The notes beneath the pieces were generated by a model that worked only from the letters and a program-made list of their open reading frames with translations, ran no database searches and was not told the origin of the DNA. Positions 1 through 13,700 of a stretch of 64,000 nucleotides of DNA are shown piece after piece (position 1 is the stretch's first letter; each line of letters opens with the position of its first letter). The stretch comes from Camelus ferus (taxonomy: Eukaryota): contig NC_045707.1 of the NCBI RefSeq assembly GCF_009834535.1, positions 61,754,001-61,818,000 on the forward strand. The letters run 5' to 3'. Made by a program: the position numbers and the translations under genes.

Positions 1-94
1 TATAATAATATAACCCAGTTATGAACCCCTGTACCGTGGACCTTTTGTGAACATCTTGAGGTGCATGCACAACCTTGGTGATAACCAATGGAAA

Positions 95-230
95 TGTAAC
101 TAACTGAAATAAAGAATAAAAGGCCAATAAGCTGGGGATAAACTCGAATCTGCTCTGATTAAATTATTCATATTCTTTCCTTGACTCTTCTCTTTATTTT
201 GGAGTTTTCAACAGGCTTTACTATTTTTAT
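95..230 (+). terminator. Candidate Pol II polyadenylation site (possible 3' end of an upstream, unidentified gene)
   Basis: AATAAA at 108-113 and 115-120, ATTAAA at 158-163, upstream TGTA at 30-33 and 95-98, and a T-rich tract downstream (170-230). Such motifs also arise by chance in AT-rich DNA. Confidence 0.35.
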
Positions 231-1697
231 GCATTAGGATACCAAACCAGACACTCATACATAATAAAGAATTTGAGATGAAATGATGTGTAAACATACA
301 TAGCTCACATTTTCATTCAAGTCGTAGGTCTGTATTCCTCTTCTAAGTGCTTTGCCTGCCTGAATTTCTCTTCTAATTTCTGAGATGGCAAAATTATTAA
401 TTATTATGGGATTCAATTTTCTTATGGCATTTTATGAGTAATACTGAACTTACACTTTCCAACTTCATCACCACAGCAGTTCTGGAGGTAATTTTTCTTG
501 TTTTTTCATTGTATTGGTGATGAAGTTAAAGATCACAGAAGCAAAACTGTCCACTTATATTTTTGTCATGGATAATCTCCCCTGCTGTAGTTTCTTATGG
601 TTTAAATATTTACTGACCCTCTTGCTGTAAATGGTTTATCTTCTCAAAATGGCTTCTGTTCCACTTTTGGGTAATAGACCTCTGTTTCAGCAGCATACCA
701 CATGTATAGCTGGCACCCCACTTACATTGAGGGGTTGTGTGCAAATTTACCCTGTAAATTCTATGAAACCAACAGGATTAGAGGAAAGATAATATGAAAA
801 GGGAAATAAAGCTGGCGAATCCAACACTTTCCCATTACGCATCAACAGAATCTTTTTCTAGGTCTGAAAGTGCTCAGTGTTGATTATTAAGAGACTGTTA
901 AGAAACAGATTCAGAAAGGGAAATCTGTCTAAATATAATTACTGATAAAATGTTTTTAACAGTGGTGTCAGGATATACTGTAAAAAGGAAAAACGTGTAG
1001 GAAGGGGGAAGAATGAATTTTAATAGACGATAACTGCCATCAAATTTTGATTAAAAAATTAAGATTAAATAGTAATGAATGAAAAGTGAAGACATTCATT
1101 TTATCTTTGAAAGAAATCACAAGACAGACTAATGGAATAGCGATAGTGAACTTAACTAGGAAAGAGACAATGAATATATTAAAAGGCTATAATACAAAGC
1201 AGGGACTTTGAAGGATTTATAATGTGTTTGAAGACATTTAGAGCTAAATGAATCTGTTAAAAAATTGAAATCCCTAGTTTATGATGATTAAACTTTCCTT
1301 TAAAAATTCAGGAAAAAAATTTTCCTTAAGAAATTTTCCTTACTGAAAAAAAAATTGTCTTCCTTCCTTTGTTTCTCCTGTCAAAATTTAATTGTTTAAA
1401 AACTTGAACATTATTAAACTATAGATTTACACAAACTTTCTGTAATATGGATGCAGTATTATTAATATATTGTTCTTAAACCTTATAATTTCCTGTTCTC
1501 CCCTAAAATAACTGGTTTTGAGGATATGATATTTTTCATTATTGTCTAAAAATTAAATAATTTAACTAAATTAGTATCATTTATTTATCATACTATCATG
1601 TCAAAGTAACAGACCACTGAATGTGCATTTTGAATATTACAATATTCAAAGACTATGAATTAATTCTCCATTGAGAATCCCAGGTAACCTAACACAA

Positions 1698-2388
1698 TTT
1701 TTTTTAAATGAACTATATTTTAAAGCAGTTTGAGATTCATAGCAAAATTAAACAAAAAGTACAGAGTTCCCATTACCCCCTGCCAGATACATGTACAACA
1801 TCCCTCACTATCTGCTTCCAGCACCAGCGTTACATTTGTTACAATCGATAAACTTGTGTTGCTACCTCATTATCCAAAATCCAGAGTTTATGTTAGAGTT
1901 TATTCTTGGTGTTGTACATCTGTGGAACTTGATAAGTTGTATAATGACATGCATCAATTATCGTAGTATCATACAGCATAGTTCCACTGCCCTAAAAATC
2001 CTCTATGCTCTGCCTATTTATCTCTCCCTTCGTCTTGGCAACCAGTGATCTTTTTACTATCTCCGTGGTTTTGTCTTTTGCAGAATATCATACAGTTAGA
2101 ATCATACAATATGTAATCTTCTCAGATTGGCTTCTTTTGGTTAGTGATGTGCATTTAAGGTTTCTCCATGCCCTTCCATGGCCTGATAGCTCATTTATTT
2201 TTAGTGCTGAGTAATATTTCATGGACCAGAGTTCTCCCACTTACCTCCTAAAGGACATCTGGTTTGCATCCAAGTTTTGGCAATTATGAATAAAGCTGTT
2301 ACAGATATTTGCATGAGAGTTTTTGTGTGGGCATATGTTTTCAGGTCATTTGGGTAAAGACCAAGGAGCACAATTGCTAGATTTTATG
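1698..2388 (-). mobile_element. LINE-1 3' end, L1MC1/L1MC2-like, 5'-truncated
   Basis: T-run at 1698 followed by hallmark antisense L1MC 3'UTR strings (aaagtacagagttccc, acatttgttacaatcgat, ccactgccctaaaaatcctct, gatagctcattt, ttggcaattatgaataaagctg). Confidence 0.9.
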
Positions 2389-2504
2389 CTGCTTTATACT
2401 CGTTTTTTTTTTTTTTTTAATTTGGTCCCCTTCCATAGTTATCAAACTCCTGTTCTTCTAATTCATCTTCTCATTGTTGATTATGTGAACCACACAGGAT
2501 ATTT

Positions 2505-2574
2505 ATAAACCTGTCACTTCACGCCAAGCTGTAAATATAATAAACCTGTCACTTCACGCCAAGCTGTAAATATA
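2505..2574. repeat. Perfect 2 x 35-bp tandem duplication
   Basis: ATAAACCTGTCACTTCACGCCAAGCTGTAAATATA at 2505-2539 and again at 2540-2574 with no mismatch. Confidence 0.97.
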
Positions 2575-3235
2575 TTGGTTGATTATTTATCAACAAATTC
2601 TCTTCAAAAATAAAGTTGTTTATTTTTTACAAAGATAGTGCAAGCTCTTATAGAAATCAGTAAAATTTTTAAAAATTAACTATAATTTCATAATTCTCCA
2701 CTCCATAGATGAGATGTTTTTGTTTTGTCAGTTTGCTGCTTTTTGCCCTTTTGTGATTCTCATTTTACAATATTAATGTCTGTGTGTGTGGGTGTGTTTA
2801 ATCTATCATACAAGTCATGCTTCAGTTTGGGGTACTACCTTTCTAGCCTCTGTTCATTCTTGCTCATGCACTGTGTTCTAACTATGTGTGTGTTGGAGGA
2901 AGCATCCCAGGGAAGCACAGGTGAATATCCTTCCTGCCTTTGAAAATTCCATCTAGTGTGTTGATCTGTAATCCTGGCTCCACATCAGAAAAATTGTCAG
3001 TGCCCTTTAAAAAGAAAAAGGGCCAGTGCTCAATGCTAAACCTTTGGAAATCATATCTGGAGATGAACCCTAGACGTACATATTATTTTTTTAAAAAGAC
3101 TTATCATGTATATTATTAACAAACGAAACAGAACAAAGAACAAACAATCCTCCACAGGTGTTTTTCTTGTCTAGAATGACCTACAGTCTTTCCTACATAT
3201 TTTCCCCCCTTTGGAAAGATTTACTGCTCATACTG

Positions 3236-3692
3236 TTTTTTTTTTCTAGTTCATTGAAGTATAATTGACATACAGCACTGAATATGTTCAAGGTATACAG
3301 CATAGTGGTTTGACTTACATATATCATGAAATGATTACTATAGTTTTAGTGAACATTCATCATTTCATGTAGATACCATATTGAAGAAATGGAAAGAAAA
3401 GAAATTTTCTTGTCATGAGAACTCTTAGGGTTTATTTACTTTGTTAACAACTTTTGTTTATAACATACAGCAGTGCTCATTATCTTTACCATGTTGTACA
3501 TTATACCATTAATACTCATTTATCTTATAACTGGAAGTTTGTACCTTTTGACTGCCTTCATTCAGTTCTCCACCCTGCCACCCCATTTGGTGGCCATAAA
3601 TCTGATCTCCTTTTCTGTGGTAATTTTATGTGTTTGTTTTTGAAGTGTAGTTTACCTACAACACTATGTAAGTTCCTGGTACACAAAACAGT
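3236..3692 (-). mobile_element. LINE-1 3' end of laurasiatherian type (L1MA9/L1_Carn/L1_Art-like)
   Basis: Poly-T, then ttgaagtataattgacataca...atgagaactcttagg...ttatcttataactggaagtttgtaccttttgac, typical antisense L1 3'UTR text. Confidence 0.85.
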
Positions 3693-5149
3693 CTAAACTT
3701 TTTTTTTTTCCATATAGGTACATTGTGTTAACCATTAAGATGTAAAAAGATGCATAATATCACATTAAATTAGTGTTTTGTACATATCCATTCCCCTAAG
3801 CCACTCATGAGTTCTAATTTTTTCTACTTTCTATTATAAATCAAAAAATAATGACCATTTTGTGCATATCCATTGTTATTTTATGTTTTGACAGGGAGAG
3901 TTTTGTTTTTTCCTGAAAAGTATTCCTAGAATGAAATTATTAGCTTAAAGACTACAAAAAATTTTATGCTTTAAAAACTGCTTTTCAGTAGTCATATAAT
4001 GTTGTATTTCATCAGCAATAAGTGAAGTAAACATTATCAGCACAACTTTCTGAGCTGCATTATAATCTAAAAAAAATTCTTCTGCTTAGAGTCATTTTGT
4101 GCATATGGTTAAATATTCTATCAATGTCTTGTGTTTTGACAATGGTTATTTATTAGTGATCTTTAAGTTCAAAATATAATTAAGTTCAAATATAGAAATT
4201 AGCATGAATTAAACTATTAGAGATTTTAGAAATATCATGTCCCTACTTACTGCATAGGTTAGTCTTTGCTAGCAGGCCAGCCAAGTACCTTTATTAGAAA
4301 AGTCTTTCTTTTCATATTCATCAAGTGTATTTCCAAATATGAGATACCATTTAAAAAAAATTTGTGTGTGTATTATAAAACCACAGTTTAAATCTTCATT
4401 TTTCAGTGTATTTCTTATAATAAATGATATAAGGACATTCCTTGTAACTCAAAAGCAAGTAACTTCTTTTTGATGGAAAATCAAGTTTTTTTTAATCTTT
4501 ATTATAAATTTAGTAAACATTTAGAATTTTTTCTATGAGCCAAGAAGAGTTATCATCACACCAAAATGATTAACATTACTTCAGCATTAGTGAAAATGTC
4601 ACATTTATCTTAGGAGTAGTGAATAGTGACATGAAACAGCTAGTATATGAAAACGATTCTTAATGTAATTTGAATGTGCTAGTTCCTGAAGCCTTTGATT
4701 AAATCTTTCTTCAATCAATGGTCTCAGTGTTTCTACTTATTTCCTTTTGAGATCTGTTAGCAATGGTCTAAAATGTTATTTAAAACCAGTTTTTTCTTAA
4801 TGGCCAAGAAAAGCTTTATTACTTAAAGCTATGCCTAATTTGCTGATCAAAAAATAAAACCAAACAAAGCCAAACATGTTATTTTATTGCCAAGGATTAA
4901 ACATGAGCTCAGTACCTAAGGACAGGCTGTCTATTTCTTTTTGTCTTTTTTTTTTTTTCTTTCCATGAGAGCTCACGTTTTCCCAGTAATTTGGTCTCTT
5001 CGGAAACAAAGGGCTCTGGTTTAAATGCTCTACAAGGATGTTCTCTCCTGTTGCATTAGCAGTTTCTTATCACACTGGATGCTGGCAGGAAACTTAAAAA
5101 AATTATAGAAATTCTGGATGGATGGAAGGTAGAAAGCTCCATAATCTAA

Positions 5150-5675
5150 GATAATAATGATTAAAAAACACACATACATACAGCTGGGATATACAGAGAC
5201 AAAGAAAAGCCAAGATAAAGGAGCAAAAGACTGATTATTGCCTGAAGCAAGGTCATTGCATGTGAAATGAACAAAAGGACAAGTCAAAGGTAAAGAAATA
5301 GTTATATAATTCTGCTTCATAAGCCATATTAGAATAAATTCTGCACAAAAGGACCAGACATTTTTTTACCTGGAGACCTTTAAAAGTTTGTACCACATCA
5401 CAGGAAGGTTAGAGATGAGACCCCCAATTTTCACATTCCAAATTTTCTCTTAAATGCTGTTTTTATTTGCTTCTTTCTGTTTTTGACAAAGAAATATCCT
5501 TTCTTCACTTTTACATTAATGTTAATGTCTTCTGGTACTTTTCCACAAGCTTACTCCAGGCTTAGAAACTCAACCACTTTTGTTCAGTGGAGTTGAGTTC
5601 AGTCTCTCCCTTATAGCAATAATCTTAAAGTCTTCCTTGCCTTTTTAACTGGTTCAATGCAATTCTTCTTTAACA
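5150..5675 (+). mobile_element. Solo LTR, ERV1 class (MER34/MER4-group-like 3' end)
   Basis: 3' end ttcagtggagttgagttcagtctctccc...gcaataatcttaaagtcttccttgcctttttaactggttcaatgcaattcttctttaaca resembles the MER34-group U5 and ends in ...ACA. The 5' boundary is uncertain. Confidence 0.7.
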
Positions 5676-6664
5676 GTTTCTTTGTAAATGTTGTAAGTTG
5701 TGAATCACACAGACACAAAAAAACAACTTTGAGGATTTACAGGGATTGATTGATTAGGGGTTGAGAAGAATTCCAACCACTCTGTTTGTTACTTTAATTT
5801 TGAAATAGATCTTTAGGAGACTTTAATATCATAAATATAATTAGAAAATTATTAAAAATCAGTTGCTTGCTTTCCTTTTTTGAAACGGTTAAGTTTCCTC
5901 TTTCTGAAATGATTAAATTGAAAGGAAGCTGTAAGTAAACTGATAAGTTGCTGTCATTCGTCTGTTTTCATTTTACTGCCAAGAGTATGATAAAATGATT
6001 TAGTAAGATCTGCTCTTTTTCTGGACACCGTCCCTTAGAATCCCCCAGCAGGCATTCATCACTCTTTCTATTGCCTGGCACACTACCAGGCTCACTGAAG
6101 AATCTCCATATATTTGTATAATATAAATATCTGTAACATGTTTGTTAAATTGAACTGTAACTTAGACTGATTTTTCTGGAATTTGTATCTCACCATGGTC
6201 TCCCCTAGTTGATCATCTATCAACGTCAGAATGAAACACTAACTTTTAAGCTTGCCATTCAAAACATGTCATCATTTGATTCCTTCTTGCCTATCTAGAG
6301 TGTCAACTGTTCATTCTTTTATTTTTCCCTTGGTTCAGCCTCTCCAGGGCCTCACAGAATTTCTGGTATATGGTAGACACAGTGTTCACCATTGTCCCTG
6401 GACCTCTCGCTGCCCTGCCTCGCCCATTGGACTAGACCTTCTTGGACAGTAATAACTGTCTGGATTAATCTTCAATTTACCATAGATTATATAGTTGCTA
6501 TGTTTTAAACCTCTTACATGTTTGTCTAATCTTTTTCACCAGCAATGCCAGAATTCATTCCCAGGACCAGAAATTCACTTTACAGATTTCCCCGGTGCCT
6601 CCTTTCCCTAATCAGCACAAGTAATTACGTCCTATTTTGATTTGTAGATAAACCTACTTAAACT

Positions 6665-6890
6665 GTGGTAAAGCAAATGGCATTTAGAGTCAAAGGAATC
6701 TGAGTTGGAATCTTGTTCTCATCTTTTACCAACTATATGATTTCTAACAAGTAATTTAAACTCTAAATTTTACACAAACTTATAAACTGTTGAGATTAAT
6801 AATATCTACATCATAATTTTGTCATGAGTTTTGAATGTTGTACTTAGCAGAGTACTGTGTACAGATTCTGCTCAGTAAATGTGAACTACA
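6665..6890 (+). mobile_element. MIR SINE
   Basis: tagagtcaaaggaatctgagttggaatc...acaagtaatttaaactct...tgctcagtaaatgt matches the MIR 5', core and 3' motifs. Confidence 0.75.
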
Positions 6891-8014
6891 CTTATGATTA
6901 TAATCATTGCTGTGTTATTGATTTTTTACAAAGAATTTTTATAATGTGGCAACTTGTAATTTTTTTCTGTAGTATTGATTTTTTTTTTGTGGTAGGCATT
7001 CCTGAACAAATGTTGGCAAGTTTCTAAACCCATTTCCAATTGCTTTTTAAGATAATGAAGTCTTCTTTCAAATTCATTGTAGCAGCAACAGGAACATACT
7101 TTCAATGGTTTTTTTTTTTAATTGTTTATAGACTAAATCTCCAGAAATTAAAGTATTTACAGTTTATAATATAAATAGAAATCAGCAGTTTCTTTGGTAA
7201 TTTAAAGATTCAATATGATTGGAAAGTCTTAGCATATCTCCTGAAGAATTTGAAAATAAATACATAGTTTCTATTTTATTCTGCAAAGTAGGCTTAAGAG
7301 ATTCCAAGATTACTCCCAGGGTCACACAAAGACCACCCAAAATTAGACATAATTTTTGATGTGGTATTGGTACTTCCCTAATGTACTGAGGGTTCTTTAG
7401 AAAATTACCAAAGCCACAAAAGTGAATTTGTCTTTTTTTTTCTTTTTTTCACATTAGGAGGGAGTTCTGTTCTCAATTGTTTAAAGTAATGATTATAATC
7501 ACACGGTTATTTGCTTAGTTATTTCTCACAATCCTATGAAAATGGAAAACATGCCCTCATTTAGCGTGAGAAGGAGGGAAGCAGGGCCACTCTTGTTAAC
7601 AATAGCGGTAACACAGCTTTGGGGTTGTTCTTTTCTGAGATAAAAATTTGAACAAAGATAGGCTAACCCTTCCTTTAGGCTTGTAACTTGGCATATTTTT
7701 CTTTGAATTAAGGAGAATAGAGTATAGTTGGGAGAAAACTTATTTAAAGCTTTTGAGACATGATTTACTGATTTAAAAATTACATTTTAGAAAATCTATG
7801 TGGCATTCTCTCTAAAATCTTCATATTAATCTGTAAAAGATTCAATTATTGAAGAATTGGCTAGGCACAAAGAGTGTATTTATATTTATTACTCATAGAT
7901 TGCTTCCTAAGAAAATAAGTGGATGAACTCTTTATTTTTGGTTCTTAGGGAAAATGAATTTTTAATTTCTTTAGTTATATTTATATTTATATCTATCTAA
8001 AGTATAGTAAGATT

Positions 8015-8600
8015 TCCACTGAACAACTAAGTGGATATGTATGCAGATGGATGTATGATCAGTGGTTATTAGGTAAGAGTTAGATTAGTTAAGAGGTCTG
8101 GGATGAAGACCTACTTTTGGGAGTTGTTGGCATAGAGATGGCATTTGAAGCCATCATGGGTGAGATCACCAAGTGGGTATGTGTAGACAGGAAAGTGCAG
8201 AGTTCCAAGGACTGATTCCTGGGCACTTCCATATGAATAGGTAAGGAGGAATTGTCGGGACCAACAGATGGATTGAAAATGAGCAAACCGTGACATAGAA
8301 AGAAAACTAAAAGAATAAATGAATGAAAGAGGAGGGGATCGTCACTGGTGAGAATAGGCCACTGGATTTAGCACTGAGGAGGCCACCGGCAACATTGACA
8401 GGATCAGCTTTGGTGGCTCTGTGGAGTGAAAGGCTGAACAGAACACGTTTAAGAGAAGGGAGGAGAACCGGAGACAACACACAGAGAAAGTCTTTTGAGG
8501 AAATTTGTTACAAAAAGGAACAGAGAACTAGGGCAATTGCAGATGGGAAAAATGGAGTTGAGTGATGTTTTTCCCTAAGATGAAAGAAATGACAGCATAT
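8015..8600 (-). mobile_element. LINE-2 ORF2 fragment including a reverse-transcriptase core remnant
   Basis: ORF 8111-8296(-) reads GSAQESVLGTLHFPVYTYPLGDLTHDGFKCHLYANNSQ, a decayed GVPQGSVLGPLLF..YT..LGD.I..HGF.YHLYADDSQ RT motif. Confidence 0.9.
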
Positions 8601-9440
8601 TTCTCTTTAGCCAGAGAAAAAAAATGAGGCATTATTCTTAAATATTCTGCAAACAAGTTCTGCTTATTTGGAGACAAAAAGAAATGTTTTTAAATTGTAC
8701 TCGACATGAACATAATACATGGGCTCTGGATTGAAGGTGATTTAAAGAGTCTAACATAAAGTTGAAATGGTGCCTTTTTTCTTTCATCCTTGGTGATAAA
8801 ATCTGTTTTCAAATTGCACTTTGGTTGTGTCAGTGATTGTCTTTTATAGGAGAGGTTAAGGTTCGAAATACAGGAATTTGTTCTTTGGTATTTTAACCAA
8901 CAATGTATTGCATGCGTCTGTCATTCAGTTGATCGGTAGCTGAGACAGACTCTGAAATCATCATAATCATGCTTCTTGTGACTGATTTATGTGATGGAAT
9001 TAAAACCACAGCTGCCACCCAGTTTTATATGTTCTAATAATGACTCTGATAGCCTGAAATCCCAATCACAAAACAAAATCAATTACTGATCTTTCAGTTG
9101 ATAGTATAGAGGTAAAGTAGCATAAAGTAAAACTTGCACGTAAGTATTTAGGTATTTGTTGATGCTATTAGCATGTTTTTATCTCCAAATATTTTCAACT
9201 AAACATGATTCAGATGATAGTAAAAACTCAGTCTTCTGCAAGTGTTGACTGCTGAAAGCAATAATTAGAATTTTACAAAGTGTCATAAGCCAAAACATTT
9301 TTACTACTGTCTTTTATTTATATAAAACATTATACACTCTAAGACATTTGCAGAAACATCATACCATATTCATTGATATGGCATTAATTCAGTTATATGA
9401 TTCCTATTGCGACTTGCATAGTACTTAAATTCTCTTTTGT

Positions 9441-9830
9441 TTCATTTATTAACAAATAATTATTGAACCCCCTGTCATCTTCCTGGGCATAGTGTTTTAA
9501 CAAACCAGGCAGTCTTTGCTTTCATGGAATTTATATAAATAAATGCTGTCTATTATATGCTGGGTGGAGATGATAGGTATAAAATAAATAGGGATGTGAA
9601 GGAAGGGAGTGGGTGGTGTGGATGCCATGTTTATAGGGTAGTCAAGACACCTGGTCCTGGTAGAAGTCTGGGACAAGAGTGTTTCTGGCTGAGAGGACAG
9701 AAATGCAGAAATGTGATTGGTATGATCAAGGAGCAGGAAGGAACCATTGTGGCTGGAGCTGAATGAGTGAGTGGAAGAAAGATGGCAGACAAGCTGGAGT
9801 ATAGAACACCTAGGAGCATTTTAGGCCATG
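9441..9830 (-). mobile_element. LINE-2 (L2a-like) 3' end
   Basis: ttcatttattaacaaataattattga tail, then ccattgtggctggagctgaatgagtgag...ttaggccatgg. Confidence 0.8.
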
Positions 9831-10769
9831 GTCAGATCTTCCTTGACAAAAACAAGCAAAATCTCCAAGTTATGATGTTAGTTGATCTATTAGTTGACTT
9901 AATTCTTTGTATACATAGTATAAAGCAAAACATGTTAACATGCTTTTACAATACCCCTTGGATAAAATTAAATTGCATAGTGATATGCTTTTTAAATACT
10001 ATAGATACATAAATTAGGCATGTGTAAATGTATATGATTTGCAATGGTTGTGAAAGTGTTGACATTTTTTGTCTTTCGAAGTTGAGTCTGGAGCCTCCAT
10101 ACACCTGCAACTTTAGGTTAACTACTCAGAGAGAGTGCTAACCTGTTGTGTGGGTAGTGTAGGCAGAGCTGCCTACACAAGGTGATTTAGCTCATGTCAG
10201 GCCCAATTCTTGTTACTCCCACACCCTATGATTCAAAAGCATTTCTCCCCCTAGCCCTGCCACAGGGCTGGAAGTTACCACATTATTCATTCTCTTGAGT
10301 TAAGGCACTGGAAGTTGCTACTAATTATCTAAATACCCTTTGAGAAGGAGGCAAATTAATCACTGTCTATTAAAAAAGTCCCCTCAAATCCCATGAGCTG
10401 GGCAGTCATCTAGTAAGACACTGTGGAAATGAGACAGACATGTGGTTTCACGAGACTGCAAATGTTAGTTTGTGAATATGGCATTTCCACTGAAGTTGTA
10501 TTCAAATGTGATCCCTGGGCAATTGGGAATCAGAATAAGGGCATTGGAAGTAAAGAGGCAAGTGGTTAACTTATATCACTATTTATACTTGGAGTTAATT
10601 CTGCTCACTCTGCTGTGGTCTAGGGGAAAGCACTGAGATTCTGGGAGCAGAACTGGATAGGTTATTTCACTTTTTTGTGAGGCTGAAGAATCAAACCAAA
10701 CAATGTACATAAAAGCAGTTTCCTAAGTGATAATCAGAAGTGTTGTAGTATTTAGACTTACTTGAAACA

Positions 10770-13700
10770 AAAGAACAGAAGTTTGGATATAATGATACAG
10801 AATAAAAGATATTTCAGATAAATCTTAACCAAAAGGAAACTAGATTAACAATTTTAATAACAGACAAACAAATTTAAGAGGACTTAAAATTTTTTATCAT
10901 ATAGATGTTTTTATAAAAGGAATAATGGATCTAGAACACAAGAGTTGGAATGACTATATAACTTCATACATTCATTACAAACCCACCCCTAGAAATCAAC
11001 TTTGTTTTAAGCCTCAAAATAAGCTTCATAAATTCAAAGAATCAATATCTCAAAAGTTATCTTCTTTGATCATAATACAATGAAATGAGATTGATAACAA
11101 GAGAATAGCTTAAAATCCAATACATCTAGAAACTTAAAAGAATACTATTGAACATTTTTGTGTGAAGACGATCTCATAAAACAAATTTGAAAATACATGG
11201 AATTGTGCAACAATGAAAACACAATATACCAACACTTGTATTTCACAGCAACATTCTGCTTAGAGAAATATTTTTAGCTTTAAATTCATTTATCATAGAG
11301 GAAGAAGGAATACAAAGGAAAAAAAAAAACTGAGACAAGCATTCACTTCAAGAAGTTAGCAAATCATTGACAGAATGATTGAGAAACAAATCCAGGTGAA
11401 GAAGAAGAAGGTAAGAGATCACTGAAACAGAAAACAAAAGTTTAACCAAGCAAAACCTCATTCTTTGAGAAGATTCATAAATAGGCAATTATCAGGTAAG
11501 TAGTCAAGGAAAATAGAAGCAATTTATATATAAAGTCCAGAATGAAGAAAAATGTCTAATTACAGGTACAAAAGTGATTGCAAGATAGCAAAGGAATATT
11601 ATGAATAATTATATGATAAATTTTGAATATTGAACAGAAATGTTTAAATTTGGGGAAAAGATATAAAATACCAAGATAGTGCAGGACAAAATAGAAAACT
11701 TGAGTAGACCATTATCTACCAAAAATCTTCAAGTGAACATTAGAGAGTTCTCAATAAGAAGTTACAGATCAAATGGCTTTTATTGATGAGTTATTCCAAA
11801 AGTGAAAGAAACAAGTTATCCTTAAATATTTTATTGCAGAATATGGAGATAGATGAGAAGTTTTCCACTTAGTTTTATGAAGTTAATATAACCTTGATTC
11901 CAAACTGGAAAATGAAAGAACAAGAAAAAAAGAATAATAGACTTACTTAAGTTATGACCATGCAAAAGTCAAAAAAAGTATTCAAAATGTTTCACAATGA
12001 TCAGTTTAGTCCTAGAATGCAAAGGTTATTCCACATCAGAAAATTTATCAACTGACCGCATGAATTGAAGGAAAACAATGATCTCAATAGAATCAGAAAA
12101 AGAAGTTGGTGAAATTAACACTTAATTATGGTTTTAAAACTCGTAGGAAGCTACAGATAAGGAGAATTTTCAATAGCTTGCTACAAGCTGTAATATCAAA
12201 CACCTGCAGGAAATTCAGGAATAATTACTTTCTAAGATCAGCAATACTAGAGATGTACCTTCGTACTATTACTCTGTAACATTTTACTAAGTATCTTGAC
12301 TAATTTTATGAGAAAGAAAAAAGGAATGCAATGTATAAGGATTAGAAGAGAAGAAAATACTATCATTTTTTGTGGACTATTTGATCAACCCTACAGAATC
12401 ACTCAAAACAATATGGAACTAATAAAATAGTTTGTAAAGCTTCTGGATAAAAATAAATTTGGCATAACTGACTTATAAAAAATCAATAATGTCTTTTTAT
12501 ACTACAAATAACCAACTAGCTATTATATTAGAAATGGAAAAGAATATGGAAACAAATATATGTATGTATATGCATGACTGGGACATTGTGCTGTATACTA
12601 CAGATTGACACATTGTAACTGACTTACTGCAATTAAAAATCAGAAAAGAAAAAATGTATCATTCTCAAACAACAAAAATTAAAAATGATTTAGTAATTAA
12701 TTCAAGAAAATATGTAGACAAGCTCTATGGGAAAAAATTGAAACTCTACTAAAAGACATAAAACAATAAATAAAGATCTTTTCTTGCTCACAGATAAAAT
12801 CTCACCAGAGATGAATTAATTTACCAAAATACGTTAATCCCCAACAAATTAGTTTGTAAATTAAATCTGATCCCAACAGAATTTTTGAATCATTTAATGA
12901 GTGTATGCTAAAATTTATATAAAAACATAAAATATCCCTGAAAAACTAGGCCAATTTTTAAAAAGAGCAACGAAGGGGACTCATTATACAAAAATTAGAA
13001 TATCATCCAAAGATACAGTGTGGCACTTATGAAAAAAATAAACATAAGGCCAATGAAGTACTCAGACTCATGTGTACAGAAAAGATGGACTGTTTACTAG
13101 GACACAGTATTGACGAATTGACTCCTTATATGGAAAAATTAGTTGGGACCACTGTTGGATTCCAACTGTATTAAAAACATATTTTGAAAGGAATAATTCT
13201 GAGCTAATAAAAATGTAGTTGATAATCACAATGCAAATCTATGATGGATTTTACTAAATTAAAATTTTCAGTTCAAGAAATGATACCTTATCTAATATCT
13301 AACAAGAGGCTTTTCTTGAAATGTCAATTTTAAATTCTGAAACTTAGATTTCAAGGAAATATGCAAATACCACACACACACCAGGAACTTCTATTGAAAA
13401 ATGGGCAAAAGAGGTAACTCATCGAAAGAGAAATACAAGTGACTAATAAGCTTATGATGAGATGCTCATAATCTCATGGAAAAGAATAAGTTAAAATGAC
13501 AGTGCAGTGCTACTTTATCCTGATCAGTTGGTAAATTTTACAAGTCAGGTTATCTCCAAGCACCGGTGAAGGGTGGAAAGGCTGCATTTCTAGTAGGAAT
13601 GTAAATGGACACAGTTGTCTTACAGGCCTCTGCAACCACACCCAGTTATAGATCCCAAAGAAAATCTCACACAGGTATGTTAGAGGGCAAGCATGAAGAT

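Noticed and set aside
2505..2574. 35-bp direct repeat as a CRISPR-like array
   Set aside because: Only two adjacent units, no spacers, no cas genes, and a eukaryotic context.
2960..3170. Possible MER5-like DNA transposon remnant
   Set aside because: Too degenerate to support; terminal inverted repeats are not identifiable.
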